Source: a virus (Duplodnaviria; Heunggongvirae; Uroviricota; Caudoviricetes). From it: DNA of 64,000 nucleotides. Below are positions 18,425 to 27,465 of this stretch, one piece after another. The notes under the pieces were generated by a model that did no database searches, was not told the origin of the DNA, and saw nothing but the letters and a program-made list of their open reading frames with translations. Numbering within the stretch: position 1 is the first letter of the stretch; the number at the start of each line of letters is the position of its first letter. The stretch lies in IMG/VR virus record IMGVR_UViG_3300028888_000071, positions 22,638-86,637 of that record. The stretch is one strand, 5' to 3'. The position numbers were made by a program, and so were the translations under genes.

Positions 18425-19378
18425 ATGAAAATAAAGACATTATCAGAATATTCATTATCAATGTCAGTGAATGAAAACGCGAACTATAGTGGAAACATTC
18501 CCGCAAATGTCGCACGGTGTTTTGACAAGCTTTATTTTAGTGCATTTGACAACACAGAAAATGTGCAGATCTCGGCAAATGATAGAAACAGCACTTTGCT
18601 TGTCCGCAACTGCAAAGAACTTTATATGACAGTCAACGCAGCGTGCCGACTTGCTGACACTGATTGGTTCATATATTTCGAAGAACCTGTAGACTTGACA
18701 CTTGGTTCAGGGACACGCGGTTCTGACAAGATGTGGTTTGGCAATGAAGATGTCAGCAAAGTCCTGACTTGGCTTGCTTCAAATAAAGGCAACACATTCA
18801 ACAAGTTCACGGTGTACCGGTTTGACCTTGATGGTTATGATGGATTCACTGATGGCTTTCTTGATATGATTTACACGAACGAGCTTTGTTTCAAACAGTG
18901 TTCTCATTTGTTGAGTATGCAACTTCCTGACAAGACTGCGTTCAAGAACAAAGGACTTAAGTTCAATTCAGACGCGCCAAGAGCAAACACATTTTTCGCA
19001 GAAAATGGTTTGCTTACAGGCACAGCAGATGAAGTGAAGAGACATATGAGAAAAAGCTTCTTGAAAGATTTCGAGCATAAACAAGCCATAGAAAGTGAGG
19101 AGAGAGAACTAATTGAACAGTCAAGACTGCATCCACACAACATATATACATATAACTCTGATGAAACACATTACTGTGACTTGCGTGGAACCACACTTGA
19201 TTGGCGCTTTTCATCAGTAGATGACTACAAACGAAACTGGCCAAAAGACCTTGATATTGTAGATGGAATGTACATCAATGTTGATGATGAAACATTCAAG
19301 ATAACTAGTCATGATGTGATGGCAGGACCATTTGTCGATGGAGGAGTGTTGGTTGAACTTTCTTTAGAAAGAGCATAA
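18425..19378 (+). CDS. hypothetical protein (317 aa)
   Basis: ORF with no motif I can name. Confidence 0.5.
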   Translation: MKIKTLSEYSLSMSVNENANYSGNIPANVARCFDKLYFSAFDNTENVQISANDRNSTLLVRNCKELYMTVNAACRLADTDWFIYFEEPVDLTLGSGTRGSDKMWFGNEDVSKVLTWLASNKGNTFNKFTVYRFDLDGYDGFTDGFLDMIYTNELCFKQCSHLLSMQLPDKTAFKNKGLKFNSDAPRANTFFAENGLLTGTADEVKRHMRKSFLKDFEHKQAIESEERELIEQSRLHPHNIYTYNSDETHYCDLRGTTLDWRFSSVDDYKRNWPKDLDIVDGMYINVDDETFKITSHDVMAGPFVDGGVLVELSLERA

Positions 19379-19650
19379 TTCTTTGTTTCATTAAAACAAA
19401 ACTAGAATTTCATCTAATGACATCTATGACACTTTCTTGTCTTAAATATATAATTATATTAAATGATTTATAAATTCACTAGATGTCATCTAGATTGCTT
19501 TAAGTTCTAGAGTTCTCCAAAATCTAAAGTCATTCTAAAGTCATCTAAAAAGAAAAATCCTCCATTATTTAGATATAATCCAGATTTTGAATGTTTTTCA
19601 TATAATGAATTATATAATAACAAGTTACGATGAAAAAACTTTTAAAACAA
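19379..19650. promoter_or_regulatory. AT-rich noncoding region with iteron-like (A)GTCATCTA repeats and palindromes (candidate origin/regulatory hub)
   Basis: About 270 nt without a credible ORF between convergent genes. Contains tttcatctaatgacatcta, ctagatgtcatctag, agtcattctaaagtcatcta, and two cctccatt hairpin cores. Confidence 0.35.
19479..19493. promoter_or_regulatory. palindromic element CTAGATGTCATCTAG (copy 2)
   Basis: 15-nt palindrome. Same core as 7572 and 41747. Confidence 0.4.
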
Positions 19651-19653
19651 AAA

Positions 19654-19672
19654 AGCCTCCATTGTGGAGGCT
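19654..19672 (-). terminator. rho-independent terminator for the leftward gene 19697-20374
   Basis: Hairpin agcctcca-ttg-tggaggct, preceded on the + strand by aaaaaa (a U-run on the minus transcript). Confidence 0.5.
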
Positions 19673-19696
19673 TCTTCATATGTTGTGTAGTGTGTC

Positions 19697-20374
19697 TTAC
19701 ACTTCAGGCTCAGGCATTGACAGATCCATTTCAGACACTTTTGCCAGTCCGTTGATGAACAGTCCAGCTTTCTCATATTCGTCGTGGACTTTGTCGTTGA
19801 TGTCTTTGCCTTCAAGTTTCTTCACCGCAAGCTGGATGATCTGCTTGTATTTGTTCTTGGGCGACAAGTCAACAGCTTCAGCTTGCTCAGCCAGCACCTC
19901 AGTCATGTAGTCGTTCTGTTCACAGATGCTGCATTGGAACGTCTCCATCGCTTGCAGATATCTGTCTGCAGTCTCGACAGTCTCTTCATCTGGGTGCGAG
20001 AACTTTGTCTCATCAATCACCAGTTTGATTCCGGCATCCTCTAAGGCATTTATGTACTCAGTCAGCAAATCCTCCTTGCCGAGAGCATAGCAGTTCGAGA
20101 CGATGTCCAGAAGCCTTCTAAAAGTTGGTGACACTCTGTCAGGATATTTGTCTTTCTCTTCTGATTTTGTAAGACAAGTGTCTCCCCATCCTCTGCCTTT
20201 GTAGTGGATATAGTCCTTGACCATCATGATGGCACGACGGTCAATGCCAGTCTCCTCTGAACAAAGTTTTGCAGACTCATTCATTTCTTTTGAATAGTAC
20301 TTTTTCTCATTGTGACAGTCAATCCCGTTAGCGATGACGTCATCTTTTGTCAATTCATTTGTTTCTTCTGACAT
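19697..20374 (-). CDS. hypothetical acidic protein (225 aa), downstream of the terminase C-piece
   Basis: ORF with no motif I can name. Confidence 0.5.
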   Translation of the reverse strand: MSEETNELTKDDVIANGIDCHNEKKYYSKEMNESAKLCSEETGIDRRAIMMVKDYIHYKGRGWGDTCLTKSEEKDKYPDRVSPTFRRLLDIVSNCYALGKEDLLTEYINALEDAGIKLVIDETKFSHPDEETVETADRYLQAMETFQCSICEQNDYMTEVLAEQAEAVDLSPKNKYKQIIQLAVKKLEGKDINDKVHDEYEKAGLFINGLAKVSEMDLSMPEPEV

Positions 20375-20387
20375 AGCATTTATTTTT

Positions 20388-20412
20388 ATTGTTTATTGAC
20401 AATATAATAAAA
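20388..20412 (-). promoter_or_regulatory. promoter-like motif (minus strand) TTTTATTATATTGTCAATAAAC
   Basis: The reverse complement of 20388-20412 resembles the TTTGTTATATT..ATTGTAAA family. It lies upstream of the start at 20374. Confidence 0.3.
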
Positions 20413-20425
20413 TGCTAAAAGCTTT

Positions 20426-22372
20426 TTACAGTTTTGCGTTGAACATGTTCATTCCGCCGATGTTTCCAGCTCCGACAGCATACAGGCTTTTGTAGTCTGT
20501 GTTCTGGTCACCCTGCTCTCCGATTATCGTTATGATTTCGTGGAATGCATTTTCATCTTTCTCCAATTCAAAATCAGCCATCCATTCGAACTCCCTCGTG
20601 TCAAAGAACGCGTTTGCGTCGACACACGTCATCACTCTGTCGTCGTGGTCAGTGATTGCTGCCCAGCTGTTGCCGTTCCGTCCGAACAAGTTGAACTCTT
20701 GTATGGTGTTCTCTTCGTGGATCACCATGCGCCCATTGCCGATGTTCTTTTTCGCGTTCTGGCAATATATCAGCTTGTTGTCCCTGTTGAGTCTCAGTCC
20801 GGGCTCCAGTTTCTGGCTGTCTATGCTTCTCTTGAATCTCAATATAGTCGACACATCAAAGTCATTCCTGTCTCCAAACACTGTCTTGAGGCAGTTGAGG
20901 ACTTCGCCGCCAAAAGCATTCCATTCAAGAAGAATCTTCACGTTTTCTGGATTGAACACATTGTGTGAAAGTATGTAAAGCATTTTCGCGAACTGCATCA
21001 GGTGAATCCTGTTGTAAGCGAACATTCCGACTTGCTCCAGTCCGACGAAGTCTCTCGGATTGTTCGGAGCTTTTATGTTCTCCCAGTCTTTCTTGTCCAT
21101 CACTCTCATCTTGAACACATTGAGAACGGTGTTGTCACCCCCGTTGCCTTCTGACAAGTCGACGCTGAACAAGAACATGTCATCAGAATGCTTCGCCTCT
21201 TCTGGCTCGAAGTCTTGTTTCCATCTCAACAATGCAGCTTCATCAATCTCAGCATCTTCAAAGTCTGCGATCGGCTTTTCTACAAATATTTCTTTGTCTT
21301 CTTCAAGTCGTTTCAATGCATTCGGGCCAAGTAATAAACTACCTGTACTTAAGAATGAGTTGCCATATTGAGCGCCAAACCGTTCACGTCCAAGTTCTTC
21401 GTCGCCATTGCCAAGCTGAGCAATCTGGGTGTCCATCCAGTCGGGGCCTCTAAGTTTCCAGCATTTGTTCACTTTGTCCCAGTCAGGCACTTGCCACCAG
21501 TCTATGCGGAACGGCACGAATGAGTTTATGCCTTTTGTCGCAGCATCATATATCTTGTAGAAACGGTTCATTCCGTTTGGCGTCGAGGTGACTATGATTT
21601 TGCTGTCAGGCAGAGATGACACTGTCGGGTAGATGTTGTCGAAGAACTCGTCGATGATTCCCTTGTCCACATGCGCGAACTCATCCAAATACAAGCAGTG
21701 TATCGTGAAGCCGATGCCAGCTCTTTTAGTCGTCGCAGCGCCCATAAGTCTGCAGCCATTGTCGAACTTCCATTCAAGTGACGAGCCCTTTATGACTCCG
21801 GGCTTCATGTAGAACGGGACATTCTTTATCACATCAACAACCTTTCCGAGAATGTCGACTGCAGTCTTCTCGATGTTGCCGCACAAGAAGCAAGTCTTGT
21901 CGTAATTGAATAGAAGATACCAAGCGAGATATATAGATGAAGATATGGTGTTGTGGCTCAATATGCCGTTTGTGTAGTACCTGTGGTTCTCGTCATTCAC
22001 CATCAAGTCGTACATGCAGTGCTTGTATGGAAGCTGCTCAACTGATTTTACTGCGACTGCGCCATTGTCTGTGAACAACGTGTCTCCTGGCGTCAAGTCT
22101 CTAGTGAACTTTTCTCGCAAGTCTGATGTGAAGAAGACATGATCATCGGCACATTCTATCTCAATGCCATTCTCAAGAGTCACTCTCCACACCTGGTAGG
22201 GCACTGTACGGTGGACAAACATTGCTGCAGAATGTCCTTCATCTGTCGAAACCTCATCTTCAACTGGTTCTACACGAATGAACTTGTTGTCTATGACTGG
22301 ACAGTCCTTCCACATCAAGTATTCTATTTTCTCTATAAGTTTTCCGATTATGTTCTTTATAAATTTTCTCAT
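20426..22372 (-). CDS. terminase large subunit, C-terminal piece (P-loop Thr onward: ATPase remainder + nuclease), preceded by a 141-aa intein C-terminal segment
   Basis: After ...YDLMVNDENHRYYTNGILSHN|T the protein aligns with T4 gp17 from the P-loop Thr. LYLDEFAHV (Walker B) and IIVTSTPNGMNRFYKIY (gp17 IIITTTPNGLNHFYDIW) are present. There is no Walker A in this ORF, and three in-frame stops lie immediately upstream. Confidence 0.7.
   Translation of the reverse strand: MRKFIKNIIGKLIEKIEYLMWKDCPVIDNKFIRVEPVEDEVSTDEGHSAAMFVHRTVPYQVWRVTLENGIEIECADDHVFFTSDLREKFTRDLTPGDTLFTDNGAVAVKSVEQLPYKHCMYDLMVNDENHRYYTNGILSHNTISSSIYLAWYLLFNYDKTCFLCGNIEKTAVDILGKVVDVIKNVPFYMKPGVIKGSSLEWKFDNGCRLMGAATTKRAGIGFTIHCLYLDEFAHVDKGIIDEFFDNIYPTVSSLPDSKIIVTSTPNGMNRFYKIYDAATKGINSFVPFRIDWWQVPDWDKVNKCWKLRGPDWMDTQIAQLGNGDEELGRERFGAQYGNSFLSTGSLLLGPNALKRLEEDKEIFVEKPIADFEDAEIDEAALLRWKQDFEPEEAKHSDDMFLFSVDLSEGNGGDNTVLNVFKMRVMDKKDWENIKAPNNPRDFVGLEQVGMFAYNRIHLMQFAKMLYILSHNVFNPENVKILLEWNAFGGEVLNCLKTVFGDRNDFDVSTILRFKRSIDSQKLEPGLRLNRDNKLIYCQNAKKNIGNGRMVIHEENTIQEFNLFGRNGNSWAAITDHDDRVMTCVDANAFFDTREFEWMADFELEKDENAFHEIITIIGEQGDQNTDYKSLYAVGAGNIGGMNMFNAKL
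21950..22372 (-). mobile_element. intein (Hint domain) C-terminal portion: blocks B, F, G ending His-Asn, +1 Thr
   Basis: VWRVTLENGIEIECADDHVFFT (block B T..H motif), LTPGDTL, MYDLMVNDENHRYYTNGILSHN (blocks F/G) immediately before the extein Thr. Confidence 0.6.
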
Positions 22373-22384
22373 ATAGTATTATTA

Positions 22385-23380
22385 TCAACGGTTACGTGTG
22401 CTTTGTGGCTCATTGAATCCAGGAACCTTCACTGTGTAGTCGATGTCTTTGTCTTGGTTAGACATGATGTTCGTCTTCGGGAACATCTTGTCAAACGTGA
22501 TGTCGCTGTGCACTTCACCGCCTTTGATTTGCTCATCAAGCTCGGTGATGTTGTGTTCAGTCCCGTCACCGACATGAAATTTCGTGAGAAGGCCGCCAGG
22601 ATAGATTCCGACATTTCCATACTCGTCAGAGCGGAATGTCATTATCGTGCCTTCGTTCTTCTTCACCATGTCGTATATCTCATCGAATATGATTCCATGC
22701 TCAAACACTGGCATGAAGCTTTTCACCTCTATGGCGAAAGACACTTTGTATTCTTTCTGCCCGTCCATCGCGAACTCAAGCGGCCGTTCTTGTGAGTAGT
22801 CGACTGGAAGCTGGTAAGAAGCCTGGACATGCATCATTCCCAAGTCAACATAGAACACATTGACTGCATACAGCTTTGACATGACTGATTCTGTCACCTT
22901 CAGCATTTCAAGCTGAGACGAGCAGACCATGTCACAAGTGAACGAAAGGTTGAGCGGCAAGAAGCAAGTGCGGAGATAGAATGTCTTCAGCATCCCGTCT
23001 ACTTCATGCACGAATCTCGCTTGTATGAACTTGTTCATCTGGCTGCCAGAATCTATAGATATGGACTGTATGTTGAGGACGCCTCTCGGCACTTTCTCAT
23101 AGTCGCCGATTGCTTTGCCGTTGTCGATTGAGTCATACATGAACTCGTCTTTCAAGAATCTCTCACTGCCTGTGATCGAGTGCATGAAAGGGATGTCCAC
23201 TCTCTCAGAAGTGCCGTCTGCAAGATGCTGGTATATGTATATCTTGTCTCTCAATTCAGCAAGCAAAGCTACGATTATGTATCTCACTACTGAATTGTCA
23301 TAGTTCTTCGTCTGGTTGTAAGTGTTAGCTGACATATAAACATATATAAAATATTTATATTCCAGTATATAAATAAACAA
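22385..23380 (-). CDS. hypothetical protein (331 aa), possibly a virion structural protein
   Basis: Same strand and frame as the terminase C-piece but separated by TGA-TAA-TAA. No terminase motifs. Confidence 0.5.
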   Translation of the reverse strand: MFIYILEYKYFIYVYMSANTYNQTKNYDNSVVRYIIVALLAELRDKIYIYQHLADGTSERVDIPFMHSITGSERFLKDEFMYDSIDNGKAIGDYEKVPRGVLNIQSISIDSGSQMNKFIQARFVHEVDGMLKTFYLRTCFLPLNLSFTCDMVCSSQLEMLKVTESVMSKLYAVNVFYVDLGMMHVQASYQLPVDYSQERPLEFAMDGQKEYKVSFAIEVKSFMPVFEHGIIFDEIYDMVKKNEGTIMTFRSDEYGNVGIYPGGLLTKFHVGDGTEHNITELDEQIKGGEVHSDITFDKMFPKTNIMSNQDKDIDYTVKVPGFNEPQSTRNR

Positions 23381-23395
23381 ACAAGCATAACAATT

Positions 23396-24034
23396 ATGAA
23401 AATATTAGACGCCAGCCAGTTTGTTTCAGAACGAATGAAAATCAGACCAGTGACTAATGCAGAACTGGATCAGATCCAGCAAGACATGAATAGTGACAAG
23501 TATGAACTCACTAATGAAACGATATCGTACGAGGGACATGTTTTGTATCGTATCAAAGCTTTGAAAGCCATTCCATCAATGAAAGTGAAGAAAGGAGATC
23601 TGGGTGGTTTTGTAGAGTCATATGACAATTTAGATCAGAAAGGAAACTGCTGGGTGTGTGGAAACGCTTGGGTGTATGGAAATGCTTTTGTACATGGAAA
23701 TGTTAAAATATATGGCAATGCTGAAGTGTTTGGCAATGCTGAAGTGTTTGACAATGCTAAAGTGTACAGAAATGCTACAGTATGTGATTATGCTAGAGTG
23801 TATGGCAATGCTGAAGTGTATGATTATGCTTATGTGCGTGATAATGCTAAAGTGTATGGCACTGCTAAAGTGTATGACAATGCTATAGTGAATGGTTATG
23901 CTAAAGTGTATGACAATGCGGAAGCGTATGGCAGTGCTCATGTATATGATTGTGCTTACGTGTATGGCAATGCTGAAGTGTGCGGTTATGCTGAAGTCAA
24001 TTATGATGTAAATAAAGGAAAAATTGATAAATGA
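23396..24034 (+). CDS. leader-domain + VYGNAx hexapeptide-repeat protein (family member 2)
   Basis: MKILDASQFVSERMKIRPVTNAELDQIQQDM plus repeats. Upstream ...tatataaataaacaaacaag contains TATAAATA. Confidence 0.7.
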   Translation: MKILDASQFVSERMKIRPVTNAELDQIQQDMNSDKYELTNETISYEGHVLYRIKALKAIPSMKVKKGDLGGFVESYDNLDQKGNCWVCGNAWVYGNAFVHGNVKIYGNAEVFGNAEVFDNAKVYRNATVCDYARVYGNAEVYDYAYVRDNAKVYGTAKVYDNAIVNGYAKVYDNAEAYGSAHVYDCAYVYGNAEVCGYAEVNYDVNKGKIDK

Positions 24035-24855
24035 AAATATTGGACACAAGTCAGTTTGTTTCTGAACGCATGAAGATCAGGCCAGTGACTAATGCTGAAC
24101 TGGACCAGATTCGGCAAGACATGAATGGCGACAAGTATGAGCTCACTGACAAAACAATTAAAATAATACGTGATGGAAAAACATTACACTGCATCAAAGC
24201 ATTGAAAGACATTCCATCTAAAGGAGTCAAAAAAGGAGACTTAGGTGGCTGGATTGAGTCATATGACAATCTTGACCAAATGGGAGACTGCTGGATTGCA
24301 GACAATGCTTGGGTCTGGAACAATGCTAAAGTGTCTGGCAATGCTAAAGTGTATGACACTGCTTGGGTGCACGATAATGTTGAAGTTTATGGCAATGCTG
24401 AAGTGTATGGTGACACTAATATGTGGGGCAATGCTAAAATATATGGCAATGCTAAAATACACGGCAATGCTAAAATACACAGCAATGCTGAAGTGTATGA
24501 CGATGCTAGGGTGTTTGACAATGCTGATGTGTTCGGCCTAACTCGAGTGTATGAAAATGCTAAAGTGTATGGTGATGTTGAAGTGTATGGGAATGCTAAA
24601 GTGTATGGTGATGTTGAAGTGTATGGGAATGCTAAAGTGTACGGAAAAACTTTTGTGCACGATAATGCAAAAGTGTATGGCAATGCTGAAGTGTGTGGTG
24701 CAAGTGAAATATATGGGAATGCTAAAGTGTACGGAAAAACTTTTGTGCACGATAATGCAAAAGTGTATGGCAATGCTGAAGTGTGTGGCGCAAGTGAAAT
24801 ATATGGAAATGTTAAAGTAGATTATGAGGTCAAAGATAAACTTATAAATAAATAA
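24031..24855 (+). CDS. leader-domain + VYGNAx hexapeptide-repeat protein (family member 3)
   Basis: ATGA overlap with member 2. The N-domain and first repeats are nearly identical to member 6 (33572-34291). Confidence 0.7.
   Translation: MKILDTSQFVSERMKIRPVTNAELDQIRQDMNGDKYELTDKTIKIIRDGKTLHCIKALKDIPSKGVKKGDLGGWIESYDNLDQMGDCWIADNAWVWNNAKVSGNAKVYDTAWVHDNVEVYGNAEVYGDTNMWGNAKIYGNAKIHGNAKIHSNAEVYDDARVFDNADVFGLTRVYENAKVYGDVEVYGNAKVYGDVEVYGNAKVYGKTFVHDNAKVYGNAEVCGASEIYGNAKVYGKTFVHDNAKVYGNAEVCGASEIYGNVKVDYEVKDKLINK
24631..24810 (+). repeat. 2 x 90-nt near-perfect tandem duplication inside the repeat array
   Basis: 24631-24720 versus 24721-24810 differ at 2 positions. Both encode AKVYGKTFVHDNAKVYGNAEVCGASEIYGN. 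Confidence 0.8.
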
Positions 24856-24872
24856 ATAAACATTGCATAAAT

Positions 24873-25403
24873 ATGAAAATAAAGAACTTTAGTGATTATG
24901 TCAGCCAGATGAATCTCAATGAGAAACTTGAATTAGAAGGCGACGAAAAGAATGTCTTGAAGCCAATCAGTCACGCAGAACAGAAAATTTATTCAAAAAT
25001 GCGTGCGGGAAAGAATTTCTGCATTGAAACGAAAAACCAGACATCAGCAATAACTCTTGTCGAGTATTATGCAAAACAGATGGGAGCAGAACCCGTTGAG
25101 CTTTTTGCTGGAAAAGACATAAAAAGCGAAGAAGATGTCAGTGGCGTGCCGACGACAGGCGGGAAAATCGCAATCCCGAAATGGGCGCTCACTATCAAAG
25201 ACAACCAGAACAAAAACTACATTGTCCTGCTCGTTGGCGAATTTGAACAAAAACTGCAGACAGCATTGATGACAACAGTAAAAGGCCAGATTGGCGGCTA
25301 TGACATCAGCAAGAACTGCAAGTTTGTGCTAATATGCGAAAACGCAAAATCACTTGGAAAACCGCTGCTAGCAATTCTTAACCAAAGAGTGATTGAACTA
25401 TAA
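24873..25403 (+). CDS. hypothetical protein (176 aa)
   Basis: ORF followed by a terminator. Confidence 0.5.
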   Translation: MKIKNFSDYVSQMNLNEKLELEGDEKNVLKPISHAEQKIYSKMRAGKNFCIETKNQTSAITLVEYYAKQMGAEPVELFAGKDIKSEEDVSGVPTTGGKIAIPKWALTIKDNQNKNYIVLLVGEFEQKLQTALMTTVKGQIGGYDISKNCKFVLICENAKSLGKPLLAILNQRVIEL

Positions 25404-25430
25404 TGGTTCGATGATTCGGAACACTACAAA

Positions 25431-25461
25431 AGAAGGAGATTCTAAGTCTCCTTCTTTTTTT
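25431..25461 (+). terminator. rho-independent terminator
   Basis: agaaggaga-ttctaag-tctccttct, then ttttttt. Confidence 0.6.
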
Positions 25462-25477
25462 ATGTAAAGCTGCTTGA

Positions 25478-25504
25478 TTTTTTATTATATTAAATTGTAT
25501 TCAT
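25478..25504 (+). promoter_or_regulatory. promoter-like motif variant TTTTATTATATTAAATTGTATTCAT
   Basis: 13 nt upstream of ATG 25517. Confidence 0.4.
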
Positions 25505-25516
25505 AAAATTACAGTT

Positions 25517-25750
25517 ATGACTTTATACAGAATTGTTTATTATCTGGATGCAGGGCAGACCAAAAAAGCGACGACAAAAGAGTTCGACGATTTTTCTGAA
25601 ATGAAAAAGAAAGCGAAAGAACTCTATGAACTTACAAAAAGGCCGTTATATGTAGAATGGTGCTATTCTATAACCACTTACGGGATATGGTCTCTGCTGA
25701 AATACTGCACGTCTAAAAATGACATAAGTGGCATCAAAGAAAAGAAATAG
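25517..25750 (+). CDS. hypothetical protein (77 aa)
   Basis: ORF. Confidence 0.4.
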   Translation: MTLYRIVYYLDAGQTKKATTKEFDDFSEMKKKAKELYELTKRPLYVEWCYSITTYGIWSLLKYCTSKNDISGIKEKK

Positions 25751-25752
25751 TC

Positions 25753-26208
25753 ATGTGGGTGCTTTCATTGATAGAGTCAAACTGGTTCGCAAACGGCTTG
25801 CAGGTTTACCAGAAAAGCAAAACTGGTCTGAAGAAGCCAGAATACAAATATCATTATGGCAGTCATTTGGCATTCATAGACCCGCTTTATGAGATACCAC
25901 TTGATGATCTCAAACTGGAATGGGTTGAGATCAAGCAGAAAAGAATCCCGACATTCTGGGAAAAGCTAAAACACAAATTGCTGGGCCTTGATTACAATGA
26001 ATATGAATATGTGAGGCCACAGTCTGGAGAAATCGTGATAGTTGACTATGGGCATGACTTTTATGAAGTCGCTGAGTTCTCTGCTTACAAAGACTCATAC
26101 CACTGGGTGACTGAACTGAACACATGCATGCTTCCTGTGAGATGGGCGAGAATCCCGGCGCTGGTTCTTGACATGTCAAAAAACAAATCTAAAAAACAAC
26201 AGGCTTAG
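25753..26208 (+). CDS. hypothetical protein (151 aa)
   Basis: ORF. Confidence 0.45.
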   Translation: MWVLSLIESNWFANGLQVYQKSKTGLKKPEYKYHYGSHLAFIDPLYEIPLDDLKLEWVEIKQKRIPTFWEKLKHKLLGLDYNEYEYVRPQSGEIVIVDYGHDFYEVAEFSAYKDSYHWVTELNTCMLPVRWARIPALVLDMSKNKSKKQQA

Positions 26209-26213
26209 TGATT

Positions 26214-27071
26214 TTAATTGTCCAGACGTTTGTTGTCTTTTATGTCATATGTCACCTTGCTTGAACCGTTGATGGTAGAGTTTCCTGATATTTCAGCATA
26301 TCCATACACTTGAGCATTTCCATACACTTCAGCGTTGTCATACACTTCAGCATTGTCAAAGACTTGAGCATTTCCATACACTTTAACATGTCCATATAGT
26401 TTGCATTTGCCATGCACATAAGTTTTGCCGTACACTATCGCATCGCCGCGTATGGTAGCATATCCATATATTTCTGCATTATCTTTAATACATGCGTTCT
26501 CACACACATAGCACTTGCCATGCACATTAGCATTTTCTAGTAATTTAGCATTGTCATACACTTCTGCGCTTCCCCACACTCTTGCGTGATCATTGACTTT
26601 GGCTTCGCCATACACTTTAGCTTCGCCAAACACGTTAGCATAAGAACTGATGATAGCATCATCAAACACTTGAGCATCACTATACACTTTAGCATTGTCA
26701 GATATATGAGCTTCACCATACACTTGAGCGCGGTCACATACTGTCGCATTTCCAGACACTAAAGCGTTGCCATACACTTTAGCATCATCATACACGCAAG
26801 CTTTATCTGCAACCCAGCAGTCTCCTTTCTGGTCTAGATTGTCATACGACTCAATCCAGCCACCTAAGTCTCCTTTTTTTACTCCTTTAGATGGAATGTC
26901 TTTCAATGCTTGAATACGATGCAAAACGTGTCCAACATAATATTGCATTCCATCAGTGAATTCATACTTGTCGGCATTCATGTCTTGCCGAATCTGGTCC
27001 AGTTCTGCATTAGTAACTGGTCTGATTTTCATGCGTTCTGAAACAAACTGGCTAGCACCCAATATTTTCAT
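26214..27071 (-). CDS. leader-domain + hexapeptide-repeat protein (family member 4)
   Basis: MKILGASQFVSERMKIRPVTNAELDQIRQDMNADKYEF... plus repeats. The upstream reverse complement reads tttataaataaacaaatattgatcattATG (TATAAATA box). Confidence 0.7.
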   Translation of the reverse strand: MKILGASQFVSERMKIRPVTNAELDQIRQDMNADKYEFTDGMQYYVGHVLHRIQALKDIPSKGVKKGDLGGWIESYDNLDQKGDCWVADKACVYDDAKVYGNALVSGNATVCDRAQVYGEAHISDNAKVYSDAQVFDDAIISSYANVFGEAKVYGEAKVNDHARVWGSAEVYDNAKLLENANVHGKCYVCENACIKDNAEIYGYATIRGDAIVYGKTYVHGKCKLYGHVKVYGNAQVFDNAEVYDNAEVYGNAQVYGYAEISGNSTINGSSKVTYDIKDNKRLDN

Positions 27072-27103
27072 GTAATGATCAATATTTGTTTATTTATAAA
27101 AAA

Positions 27104-27130
27104 AGAATCCGGATATTTTATCCGGATTCT
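27104..27130. terminator. hairpin terminator (mainly for the leftward gene 27133-27465)
   Basis: agaatccggata-ttt-tatccggattct, with A-run on the + side (U-run on the minus transcript). Confidence 0.5.
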
Positions 27131-27132
27131 TC

Positions 27133-27465
27133 TTACAGGTGCGGCATTGAGATGTTTGGCATGCTTGGCATCTTGAAACTGTTTTGAGCTTGTCTCATCA
27201 TGTTCGAGCCCATCTTGCTTATGTCAGACATTCCGGGCTGGCTGCCTTGCTGCTCATCTTGCTGCTCTTTTCTTTCTTTGAGGATTTTCTGGTATTCTTC
27301 GATAGATATCTCGTATTCCCAGTACTGCATGTTGTCGATTTCACTTGGCTGTATGTGCCAGTTCTCCATCAGCAGCACACGAGTCTTAAGAAAGTTCGTC
27401 AAGTCTATCTGAAAGAGACGAAACAAATAGAGATTTAAATCCTCCTCTGACTTCTTTTCCATCAT
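27133..27465 (-). CDS. hypothetical protein (up to 110 aa; start may be internal because of an 80-nt overlap)
   Basis: ORF overlaps the 5' end of the following leftward ORF. Confidence 0.35.
   Translation of the reverse strand: MMEKKSEEDLNLYLFRLFQIDLTNFLKTRVLLMENWHIQPSEIDNMQYWEYEISIEEYQKILKERKEQQDEQQGSQPGMSDISKMGSNMMRQAQNSFKMPSMPNISMPHL

Noticed and set aside
19379-19700. tRNA genes in the longer intergenic gaps (also 41648-41860, 51695-51892, 61095-61549)
   Set aside because: No T-arm GGTTCGAATCC-like box or cloverleaf-compatible pairing could be picked out by eye. This cannot be excluded without tRNAscan.
19587-19910. ORF 19587-19910 (+) crossing the 19.4-19.7 kb intergenic region
   Set aside because: It starts in AT-rich noncoding DNA full of palindromes and runs antisense through the 3' end of the leftward gene. 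Most likely spurious.
22373-22387. Possibility that the 331-aa ORF (22385-23380) and the terminase C-piece form one gene through a single leaky stop
   Set aside because: The two are in the same frame but separated by three consecutive stop codons (TGA TAA TAA). The upstream ORF has no terminase or intein motifs. The real N-extein plus intein N-part lies at 56900-57391.
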